Origin: the human T2T-CHM13v2.0 reference genome, Homo sapiens
Direction: 5' to 3' (one strand)
DNA length: 64,000 bases
Assembly: GCF_009914755.1 (NCBI RefSeq)
Contig: NC_060945.1
Part shown: positions 27,359 to 38,130 of the stretch, piece after piece
How positions within the stretch are numbered: position 1 is the first letter of the stretch
How the letters are laid out: each line of letters begins with the position of its first letter
The notes under the pieces: generated by a model
Seen by the model: the letters and a program-made list of their open reading frames with translations, nothing else
What the model was told of the DNA's origin: nothing
Database searches by the model: none
Position numbers and translations under genes: made by a program

Positions 27359-29957
27359 GAGAGACCACGATGGCTTGGCCCCCTCCCCTTGGCCTCTGCG
27401 CTGGGAGGGAGGACCCCAGTGAGATCTCCGAGCAGATGCACTGTTCCCTGCGGACAGGATTTATTCCTGGAGCCTCTGCCTCCCGTAAGCTGGCGGGCAG
27501 ACCCAGTCCAAACTTGGCACTACCTCCCACTGCCTCCTTTTCTTGCCTCTCTTCCCTCTTCAGCCCACAAACTCCTTGAGGTCTGAGCATCATTTTGTCC
27601 ATGGCTTTGGGCAGGGTGGCTGGCACAGGGTAGGGGTACCACAAATAACTGTTGGAGTGTAGCCAGCCCCTTGTTTAGGGAAGAGATGGGTCTAACAGCT
27701 GGGCATGCTGGTCTTGTGATCTGGATCTGAGATGCCGCCTTGGGTGGTGGGTAGAGGGATGACCCTGAGCCAGCCCTGTTGCAACAGATCCTCCTGAAGA
27801 TCCCAGATGCTCCAGGTGCCATCTCTAGGTTAGCTGTGCTGTAGGATCACAGCAGGGGGACAAATTTTCACGTGAAAAGAACAATCACATCAAGCAAAAT
27901 GCTCACTCACTGACAGAGATCAATGAAGCAGACAGCAACTCATTGCAACTGCTCCTGTCCTGTCGGTCGAGAGGAGAGTGCAGCGTGACCCAACAGCCCT
28001 GCTGCTCCCAGCCGCAGACAAGCCATCCTTCTTGGCTGCTGTTTTCATCATTTTTTAAAGGACTGTTGAGGGTGGGAGGAAGTAGGAAAGGAGGTGGTTT
28101 CATGTGAGATTTCTACAGTTTGGTAACAGTAAAAAATGGGAGAAGTGATAAAGTTACTACATTCATCAGTCATCCACCCCGAAACATTTGCAACTGATTA
28201 TGTTCCTCAGAATTGGCACTGAGTCATGAGGTATTCTTGTAAGCAGTTTGCTGGCATGAGCCAAAGGCAGGAAAACTAGAAAGTACCTCTGAAACACGTT
28301 CAGAAGAAACATTCTCCCAAGTAATAAAAAAGATATGGAGACCAGTAGTTGCTTTTCTCAGCGGCAAAATATCCAGCGATACTTTAAAAAAATGGAAATA
28401 AAATGAGAATGGTTCTGGCAACTGCAAAGACGCATGCACTTTTGCTGCCTATCTTAACAGACAAGTGGGCTTTCTGAGTCCTGTGCTCAGTATAAGATGC
28501 CCCATGTGAAAGGGAGCTGATGGCCATGTTGAGCGGGCACACTTAAGGACACTTAGGGGTTTATGTTATATTTATGGCCAAGTTAAGTTGATCTGTTACA
28601 GGACTCATTATCCTAAAAGGGTCACTAATGACATTTGCTGGAAATTTTGCCCAGAATGCTTTCAGTTTGACCCTCTAGAGATGGCCATGGTTGGGTTGAA
28701 TTAAGGCTCATAACTGAGCCAGAAAAATAAACCTGATTTATGGCCAAACTGGTTTTTACTGACCTGTGAAGTAAATGAAACTTGAATCCCTATGATAAAA
28801 CAAGACAAAAACAAAACAAAACAAAACAAAAAATCTTCCTGAATTGGAAAAAAAAAACTCTCTATTTTCTAGAATGAATGCATAGGAATGTCAGGCCATT
28901 CTCAGAACAGCACGGGTCTTGGCTTTGAAACCTTGGCCTCGCTGCTGGGAGGAAGCTTTGATCACCACCCCTTTTCTTGCTCTGAGCTTGAATGTCTCTT
29001 GCTTTGGGATTTCTGTTTCTGGCACTTTCTGGACTACTCCCTTGGACATGTGTTTTAACCTGCCTGGGACTTGGGGGTGCAGAGGCCCCTCCTCAACCTC
29101 ACCTCTAAGTGGGATAACCCAGGTTTCCCGCCACCTAGGGCCCAGCTGACGCACACCAAATCCCTTGGCCTTGGGCCTCAACAGGAGAGTGCGAAACAGA
29201 TGGGAGCTAAAGCATTGGCTGGACGTCACCAGCTCTTCTATGAGGCTGTTGAGCTAGGACCAAGGCATTACACGTGAAGGTAGCTGCAGCCTCGAGGCCC
29301 CCGTCTGTTGGAAGGACTCCCCTCAAGCTGACCAAGGGCACTGATGGCGTCTGCTATAGTCTTACCTCTGCCTTCAATGGACCCTTGGTTTCCTGAAGTA
29401 GGAGGTGCAAAAGGCGAGAGGAAGGGGAAGGTGGATTTGGGAAGGGGGTAGATTTCAACACAGGAGGGGGCCAGCTGCTCAGCAAGGCAGTGATGCCCAC
29501 CTGAGGAACAGGCCCCTGGTGGTCTCTGGTCCAGCCTCTGCTGGCAAGCTCTTGCAGTATACGCCTTCCGGTGACTGTCCCTTTGATGCCTCCTTCTGAG
29601 CCAATGCTAGAAATGGCCAACACCAGCATCCAAGGCCCTGCCCGCCCATTTCTTGCCACTCCTTTCCCCGCACCCCATCTTGGCCCACTTTGGAGACTCC
29701 TTAGGAAGGGAGGTGGTTGGGTGGGATGCCCCACACTTCGTGGTCAGCCAGCCCTCCCCTACCACAGCCAAGCAGAAGACAGCTAAACTTCTGACATTGG
29801 CGGTCTCACTGCTAGCCCCTAGAAGGACCTGCTACAGTCAGCAGGACCTGCTGCAGTCAGCAGCACCTGCCAAGAAGATATTCTTACTCCCCTTTATGGT
29901 GAGGACAACTGTGTGTGAGATGAGGGATGAGGCATGGCCGGCCCACATCATTCCATC

Positions 29958-30333
29958 TGTGGAGACAAAAGTGACTCCATCTTGGATGCTAATCGCCATG
30001 TTGACTCTGTTTAGCCACCGCCCTGAGAATGTTGATGTCATCGTGCATATCATTGGCTATGGCGAATATAGCGTCCTCGACAGTCCTGGAGGTGGCCTTC
30101 AATTGTCTCTAGAGAGCATGTACCCCCTTTCCCTATGGTATATAAGCCCGGGTCTGGGGGTAACAGTGGGACATCTACGTGCCTTGCCCCTGCCCAAGAC
30201 CATGCCTCTGTCTGTAAGTTCCCCAGTAAGCCACCCTTTACTGACAAACTGGATGTGTCTGCCTTGTTCTCTGGTTTCTCTGCTGTTTTGACATTTGGAG
30301 GCCACTTTGGATATACGGCCCTTTCATGAGACA
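29958..30333 (+). mobile_element. LTR47-like (ERVL) solo LTR
   Basis: TG...CA ends (tgtggagacaaaagtgactccatcttggatgctaat...gagaca), TATA-like gtatataag, 5-bp TSD ccatc/gcatc. Confidence 0.75.
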
Positions 30334-30639
30334 GCATCCCAACCCCCCCAGGCCCTGGGCTCGGCGGTGCCTCCTGCAGTAATTCCCACAAGGAAGCAGC
30401 TCCTGCTCATTCATTCCTTCAAGGAACTTTGATTGTTTTCTGCTGCAGGCCTGGTCCCTGGCGCTCCAGGAACACAGACCCAGTCTCAAAAGAAGGGCTG
30501 GTCCAGGTACAACCACAACACAGGGTTACAGGTGCCCCGTGAGGAAAGCAGAGGCAGGTGCGTAACAGCCATCACAGGAGATAAACGGCCACACAAGAGA
30601 AGCTTAGTCGGGTCAGGCCCGCCTTGTTGGGAGTGTTTC

Positions 30640-30800
30640 ATTCACTTATTCCCCACAACATTCGTGCAAGATGGATACTATAATTACTGCCGTTTTACAT
30701 ATGGGGAAGGCAAGGCACAGAGAGGTTAAGAAGCTTGCCCAGAGTCACACAGCTAGGATTCTGAGGTCAGAGTCGGCATTCTGATTTTTGAGCCACTAGA
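30640..30800 (-). mobile_element. MIR
   Basis: gttttacatatggggaaggcaaggcacagagaggttaagaagcttgcccagagtcacacagctagga. Confidence 0.8.
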
Positions 30801-31931
30801 TTGAAGGGTTGCCAGCAGTACAGGCCTATAGATGTCTTACCGCCCCACCACCCGTTGATAGTTAAAGTTCCTTGAGGGCAGAGGAGGATGCCACGGGATG
30901 TGTTATCATCAAGGAGGCACTTGGTAAGTACTGATTACCTCCCGCCCCTGCCTCTGCAGCACTGACAGGCCTGGGAACGGTCTGCAAAATCTGATGGTCT
31001 CCCCATGACCCTCCAATTCTAAAAGCTCCCCTGACACATGCCATTCTCCAAATTCTTCCATATTTATAGAATTGCTTCCTCAATCATTGAGCATCTTCAA
31101 CACACTGCAGGGTCCCCTGAGAGCAACAGCCAGCCCCAGCCTCCCTGGCATTCCTGAAATGCCCCTGGGCTAACCAGAGGCCTGGCACATGGCAAGCCAT
31201 CCGCAGGGATTTGTCAAATGAACGAGTGAATGGATACCTATAACTCTGTCTAACTCAGAGGCTTTGAAGAGGCTTGCTGTTCTAGAATGCCTATAACCAT
31301 GCTTCACTCTGAGTGTTGCTTTTCTAGTATTTGGAGTGCATGAGGAGGGGTTTCAAGCGAATTGCCAAGATATAGCAGGCTAAAACCGCCTTGGTTTTGC
31401 CAGAAATCCCTGGAAAACACAAAAACACAAGCCAAAAGAGGAGGTCTTGGGTCTGGGTGACCCGTACTCAGCACGGGAATTGTCCTGTGGAGAAGGTGGT
31501 TCGGCTCCCGTGCCCTGCACGGGGTGCGCTGTTATGCTTCAAAACAGGACTTATCAACGATTTAGTCTCATTAAGTTGTAAGAAAACAGGCAGCGTGTTC
31601 CAAGGTCGTAAGTTTTCTCAACGTTCGAATGTTTCCAATGTTTTGTAAAACCAAAGAGTGCAGGAGCCCACGGGGCTTTGCTGGGGTGATGGATGGATGT
31701 GGAGTTGGTGAGGAATTTTTCCAGGCTGCCTTGAAAGCCAGCTCATTATGACCCCATGGGCTCCAGACGTTTTCTCGTTCCTAAGGCTGGTCAGGTGGTA
31801 CGTGGGACATTGCCCAAAGATGTCTAGGTCCCACCCTCCATTTTTAGCTTTACCAGAAGCTCCTGAGACTGCAAATGTGAACACACACAGCCACGCATCC
31901 CCCAATTTTCTACTCCTGATTTTCTATAGGT

Positions 31932-31933
<2 letters not shown>

Positions 31934-31986
<53 letters not shown>

Positions 31987-31998
31987 TGTGTGTGTGTG
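31934..31998. repeat. (TG)n(AG)n(TG)n compound microsatellite
   Basis: Directly visible. Confidence 0.95.
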
Positions 31999-34645
31999 CA
32001 CGCACAGCATAGGGACACTTTTTGCACAGTGAATCTGATTTTGGCCGCACTTCTCTAGAATAAGGAATTTTAAGAATTCTCACTTTGATCATTTCCCATC
32101 CCACATATCAGTTTTATCCCCAAAGATATCACTCCTGCAAACATCAGCTCCCAGTCACAGTGTTTCACTCAGGGGCTCAAGCTATTGGTGGTCGGTGACT
32201 AATTTCAGCACTTCACTGCCTGGTGCTGAGAGCTGCCCCACAGCTCACCTCGGGGACCCTTTCTTCTTCCAGTTTGCAGTTTGTAGAGCAAAGGGACTTA
32301 GGGACTTGCCATTTGCTTCTCTTGGGTCCTCAATTGATCAGTGTGTCCTCCAGTACTTTCTAGTTAAACTGGCTTATATTAGAGGTGGGAATGTCTTCTA
32401 ATTATAGCAGATTCACCCAGGGCCAGAGGTGACCTAAGTCAGAAGCCTACACAGCGATGGATGAAGAATCAGGTGGAGTGCTGCCCATGGTGGCCCTGGA
32501 CCTTTTTGTGCTTGGACCCTATAGTCCACTCCACCAAAGCCCTTTTTTGGGATCTCTTTATGGGGGTGGTAGGAAGACCACAGCTTTTGAGTCCAACAGG
32601 TTTGGGGTGGAGGTCTGGCTCTGCCTCTGCCTTGTGTATGAGTTTTGGCAAATTTTCTAACTCCCTGACTATGTCGCTTCTTTCCTCTACGAAGAAAACA
32701 ATGCATCCTCAGTGGGAGGCTGGTAACATCAGCCAGGATGACCGATATAAAAACACTTAGAACAGCATCTTGGAAATAAAAGGTACCAGCTCCCGTGAAT
32801 TCTCCGTGTCCACAGCTGTCTTCTTGAAAAGTCTCAACCAATGGAATTGCATTTCCTGTTGTTTGTTGATGGTCCCTGATTTTGGTGGATTCTCTTCTCT
32901 CTCTCTATCTTTTGGTGGTAAGAATATTTAACATGAGATCCAGCCTCTTAAATTGTATGAGCGTGCAGTACAGCACTGTTAATTATAGGCACAAAATTGT
33001 ACAGCATCTCTAGAACTTAATCATCTTGCATAATTGTAACTTCATACCAGGTGAAAAGCAACTGCCCATTTCTCCCTCCCTCTAGTTCCTGACAACCACC
33101 ATCTACTCTCTGCTTCTGTGAGTTTCACTATTTTCGCTCCTCATATAGGTGGGCTCAAACAGTATTTGCCTTTCTGTGACTGGCTTACTTTATTTAGCAT
33201 AATGGCCTCCAAATTTATCTATGTTGTCTCATATTGTAGAATTTCTTACTTTTTTAGGGCTGAATAATATTCCATTGTATGTATATACATTGTCTTTATC
33301 CATTCATCTGTCAGTGGACATTTTAGGTTGTTGGCACATCTTGATTATTGTGAATAATGCTGTAATGAACATGAGAGTGATAATATCTGTTTAAGATCCT
33401 GATTGCATTATTTTGGATAAATAATATTCACATGTGGGATTGCTGGAAAACATGATAATTCTATTTTAACTTTTTTGAGGAAACTCCATGCTGTTTTCCA
33501 TAGTTGCTAAAACATTTTACATTTCCACCAAGAGTGAACAAGCGTTCCAACTTCTCCACATCCTTGCCAACTCTTATCTTAAAAAAAAAATGCCATCCTA
33601 GTAGATGTGAGGTAATATCTCATTGTGGTTTTGATTCGCATTTCCTTGATGATTAGTGACGTTGACCATCTTTTCAAATACCTGTTGGCCATTTGTAAAT
33701 CTTCTTTACAGAAATATCTACTCAGGTCTTTTGCTCAATTCCTAAATTGGGTTATTTGGTTTTCTGCTATTGGGTTGAAAGAGTTCTCTTATATATTTTG
33801 GAGATTACCCCCATCAGATACGTTATTTGCAAATATTTCCTCCCATTCTCTACGTTATCTTTTTACTCTGTGGGTTGTTTTCCTTGGCTATGCAGAAGAT
33901 TTTTTAGTTTGATGTAATCCCATTTGCCTATTTTTGCTTTTGTGGCTTACATTTTGGTTGTCATATCCAAAAAATCATTGCCAAGACCAATGTCATGAAG
34001 TTTTTCCTTAATGCTTTCCTCTAGAGGTTTCAGGTCTTAGGTTAATCTTTAATCTATTTTGAGTTGATTTGTGTGTATGGTTCAAGATAATGGTCCAATT
34101 TCATTCTTTTGCTTGTGGATATGTAGTTTTCCCAGCACCATTTGTTGAAGAGACTGTCCTTTCTCTGGTGTACCGGTATTACTGTCACCCTTGTCAAAAA
34201 TCAGTTGATTGTATATCTGTGGGTTTATTTCTGGGTTCTTTATTCTGTTCCTGTTCCTTTGGCCTATATGTCTGCCTTTATGCCAGCACCATACTGTTTT
34301 ATTTACTGTAGATTGTAATATATTTTTAAATTAGAACATGTGATGCCTCCAGCTTTGTCCTTTCTTAAGATTGTTTTGGTAATTTGGGGTCCTTTCTGGT
34401 TTCATATGAATTTTAGGATTTTTTTTCTGTTTCTTTGAAAAATGCCATTGGAATTTTGATAGAGATTACAATGAACTTGTAAATTGCTTTGGGTAGTATG
34501 AATCTTTTTAAACAATATTAAGTCTTCTAATCCATGAACATGGGATACTTTTCTATTTATTTGTGTCTTCTCCAATTTATTTCATCAATATTTTGTAGTT
34601 TTCAGCATACAAGACTCTTTTACTTCCTTAGTTAAGTTTATTCCT

Positions 34646-34721
34646 TTGTGTGTGTGTGAAAGCCAGTTTATAAAGACAGGAAAGGAATAAAGAATGGCTA
34701 CTCTGTAGGCAGAGCAGCCTA
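34646..34721 (-). mobile_element. 76-bp MER41-like LTR R-region insertion with decayed tail
   Basis: Minus strand ggctgctctgcctacagagtagccattctttattccttt...tataaactggctttca(CA)n; TSD ttattcct (34638-34645 / 34722-34729). Confidence 0.7.
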
Positions 34722-35296
34722 TTATTCCTGTTTTTTATTTTTTTGGTGCTATTATAAAGGAAATTATTTTTAAATTTCCTTTTCAGATAGTTTACTGTTG
34801 GTGTATAAATTGCAACTCATTTTTGATGTTGATTTTGTATCCTGTGCCTTTACTGAATTCATTTATTACTTCTAACAAGGTGGGGTTTTTTTTTTTGTGG
34901 AATTGTGAGGGTTTTCTACATATGAGATCATGTCATCTGCAAACAGATAATTTTACTTCTTTCTTTTCAATTTAGATGCTTGTCCTTGTCTGGAGTTATA
35001 TTTTGATGCCATGAAGACATTTTATTTATATGTAATGTTTATATATTTTAAAGATTTGTGCCAAGGGAGTATACTTAACAAAAATTTAAATCACTTTAAA
35101 AATCTTTGCCTTACTGCTCTTACAAGGACTTCCTGTACTGTGTTGAATAGAAGTGGTGAGAATGGGCATCCTTACCTTGTTCCTTATCTTAGAAGAAAAG
35201 CTTTCAGTTTTTTACTGTTGAGTATGTTAGCTGTAAGCTTTTCATATATGGCCTTTATGTTTAGGTCATTTTTTCCTATTCCTAGTTTGTTGAGAG

Positions 35297-35609
35297 TTTT
35301 ATTTTATTTTATTTTATTTTATTTTTTAGTTTGAGACTAAGTTTCGCTCTTGTCGCCCAGGCTGGAGTGCAATGATTTCAGCTCACTGTAACCTCCGCCT
35401 CCTGGGTTCAAGTGATTCTCCTGCCTCAGCCTCCCAGGTAGCTGGGATTATAGGCACCCGCCACCACGCCCAGCTAATTTTTGTATTTTTAGTAGAGACG
35501 GGGTTTCGCCATGTTGGCCAGGTTGGTCTTGAACTCCTGACCTCAGGTGTCCCGCCCACCTTGGCCCCACAAAGTGCTGGGATTACAGGCCTGAGCCACC
35601 CAGGCTGGC
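35297..35609 (-). mobile_element. AluS-type SINE inside the L1, with an (ATTTT)n tail
   Basis: TSD tgagagtttt (35291-35300 / 35610-35619). Confidence 0.95.
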
Positions 35610-35687
35610 TGAGAGTTTTTATCATGAGGGTTACAAAAACCTGTCAACTGTCCTTTCTGCACCTATTGAGATTATCATGTGATTTTT

Positions 35688-36612
35688 TTTGATAACATGG
35701 ATGAATTCATTTCTTAAGATTTGAGTGCAAACTTAAAAACAAGAACAAACAAAGCTTTTCATCAAGGATAAACATAAAATCTAAACAATTCTGCAATTGT
35801 TCATTTTAACAGAAAGTACAAATATGAATACATTATAATTTGTAACTGCATTTAAAAACTAAAATATTTCTCTCCAAATCCAAAACACCACACAATCTTT
35901 AATCTGTTCTCATCTTGTTACCCTAGAAACATTTGTCATATGCTATCAGGAAAATATAGGCAATAATTACTAATCAGTTTTTCATGATCAAAGGAACATT
36001 ATTCTCCTTAATGGTGACTTTTTGAATCATTTATCTGTATTTCATTTCTGAAATATCATACCATTATACCTCCACTCTAGAGAAAAAAAGAATAAATACA
36101 AATATCAAGGAGGCAGGAACGTTCATGGAATTAAAGCAAAAGTCACAAGTGTTTGACTTAGAAATGTACATAGTGTAGCAAATTTTTAAAGTACAACTTT
36201 AGTTGATGGCTGATGTGTATGTAATAATTGTGAACAATTTAAACAGGTATAAAAATGTGAGATCAAAATCTTTAGGCTCAAATACTTATACACATTTTAC
36301 GTTAGTCATTTCTTTCTATTCCTAGTTTGTTGAGAGGTTTTTTTTTTTTTGAGACAGATTTTCGCTCTTGTCGCTATGAATATGGAAAGATTTGTTTACA
36401 TAAATATCTATATTTTTAGATGAAAAATCAAGGGGTAGTGGCATCTTCCTGGTCCCTTAACTATATTTGGATTTTTGCAAAGAATTAGTGGCATCCAACC
36501 TTAAGTGTGAATTATGTGTTTCTAAAGGACCTATATAACAGATTAGTTGGCAGTGTTCTAACTTTCGAGAGATGGGGGCGGATCGGAGGTGCAAATATCT
36601 GAGATAAGTGCA
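35688..36612 (-). pseudogene. 5'-truncated processed pseudogene (mostly 3' UTR-like; parent not identified)
   Basis: Non-L1 AT-rich block interrupting collinear L1; perfect 15-bp TSD tatcatgtgattttt (35673-35687 / 36613-36627); TTTTT/A L1-endonuclease site; short poly(A); AATGAA about 15 nt upstream of the tail on the minus strand. Confidence 0.8.
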
Positions 36613-36982
36613 TATCATGTGATTTTTATCTTTTATTCTGTGAATGTGCTATTTTACATGAATAGATTTTTGCATGTTGAACCGTTCTGGATTTCCCAAG
36701 GATATACTTCACTTGTCTTTGGTAAATGGGTAGTGATGGTGTCACTTAGTCATGGTGTATGATCCTTTTTAATTCTTCCTTGTTTCTGAGTAATTTTTTA
36801 GTTGAAAAGTCTCTAATAGTGGGCATAGAAAATGTGAAAATATTTGTTGTTACTACAATTCAGATGTGCAGAAAATGTTGCTCTTTATTTTTTCCAAAAT
36901 GGATCTGATCTTCCTTAACAAGTCCCTATCCACTAGGTAGAAGAGAAAAAAGTGTATTATAAGCCTAGTCCCATCCATAACA

Positions 36983-37278
36983 CAGTGCATCTCAAACTAT
37001 CTGTGGTAAGAAATTCTTTTTTGTTGTTGTTTGTTTTTAATTTCTAACCAGTTGCAGATACTTTCATAAAATCCAAGAGAAATGAATTACTGGGAAATAA
37101 AAGTTCTAAAAGCATACAAAACATAATCTTATATTTTTTATGATTGGTTTCAATAAGCATGAAATTATTCTGCTACAAGAACTTCTCAACACCTACCCTC
37201 AATTTTTGTACCTTTTTCATCCCATGCCGGCAACAGTTTGTGGATGTGTCGCAATCCTCAGACCCACTCTGAGTGGTT
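36983..37278. mobile_element. Charlie18a-like hAT fossil
   Basis: cagtgcatctcaaactatctgtggt...aaatgaattactgggaaat...ctcaatttttgtacc...gacccactctgagtgg. Confidence 0.7.
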
Positions 37279-38080
37279 TAAACAGACTCCAAGGGCTTAA
37301 CTAGACCTATCGGTTAAGCAGTGTCTGGGCCTGTGGAGGAAAGAGGAGAGTTTCCATGCTCAGGGACAGGGAGAAGAGACCTGGTCTTGTTGCAGGTCTG
37401 TGGGTGGTGCTGGCTGTTCCCCACTGGGGTGGGCAGCCACACGATGTCCATGGCTGATGGAACCAAGGGAAATTTTTTCTTGACCTGTTAGGACCAACGG
37501 GCTACCTCTCTTGACTTGGGGGAGGACAGGAAACCCTTTGGGATTCTGCCACAGCCTCCATCTGCCTCTGGACACCATCAGACACAGGTCACTTGGTTCC
37601 CGCCATAGTGGGCCACTTGGCTGCCCCGCTGCCCCTCAGCTTAGCTATCTAGTGGCCACAGTTTAGAGCCACTAGACCCTCTCTGCCACACGCAGCTCTT
37701 CCACTCTCTTGGTTTCTCAGAGGTCCTCTGTGTTGGTGAGGAACCATCCAGCAAAGTAATGTTGCCCCAGTAGAAAGCATGATGTGAACCCTCTGTCTTC
37801 TCTACTCACTTCAATGTAGCAAATGCACCTCCCTCTCCCTGAGTCTCAGCCAGGAGAGGTGTATTAAGACCCACACATCTCACGGCTGACTCCTCCTTCT
37901 GTAGGCTACTTATGTCCCACAGTCCTCTAGGGCTGGAAGGAGCAGGCACCACTCCCTCCTTTTTTTCTGGATACAAACCTCTATGGTTTGGTCCTTCAAG
38001 CCTGGCTCTTGGTATGCCAGTGGGATAGACAAAGATTGAAGGAACCCTTTCTCTCAAAAAGACTTGACTTTCAAGACTCT

Positions 38081-38130
38081 TGTTTTGCTGCAAAAAAATC
38101 CTGTTTTGCTGCAAAAAAATCCTGTTTTGC
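38081..38130. repeat. 21-bp tandem duplication (2.4 copies)
   Basis: tgttttgctgcaaaaaaatcc x2 plus tgttttgc. Confidence 0.95.

Larger units (their letters stand above)
32910..36775 (-). mobile_element. Old L1M (L1MA9/L1MB-like) 3' UTR plus ORF2 3' part, with nested insertions
   Basis: Antisense L1 landmarks: tggtaagaatatttaacatgagatc, gctgaataatattccattgtatg, ttcccagcaccatttgttgaagagactgtcc, gagatcatgtcatctgcaaacag, gaatagaagtggtgagaatgggcatcc. Confidence 0.92.

Noticed and set aside
27078-27644. 188-aa ORF
   Set aside because: About half is antisense MLT1 LTR; no protein family features.
29653-30291. 212-aa ORF
   Set aside because: The second half lies in the LTR47-like solo LTR; no gag/pol/env motifs.
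38081-38130. Short palindromic direct repeats as a possible CRISPR array
   Set aside because: No spacers, only 2.4 copies, eukaryotic context, no cas genes.
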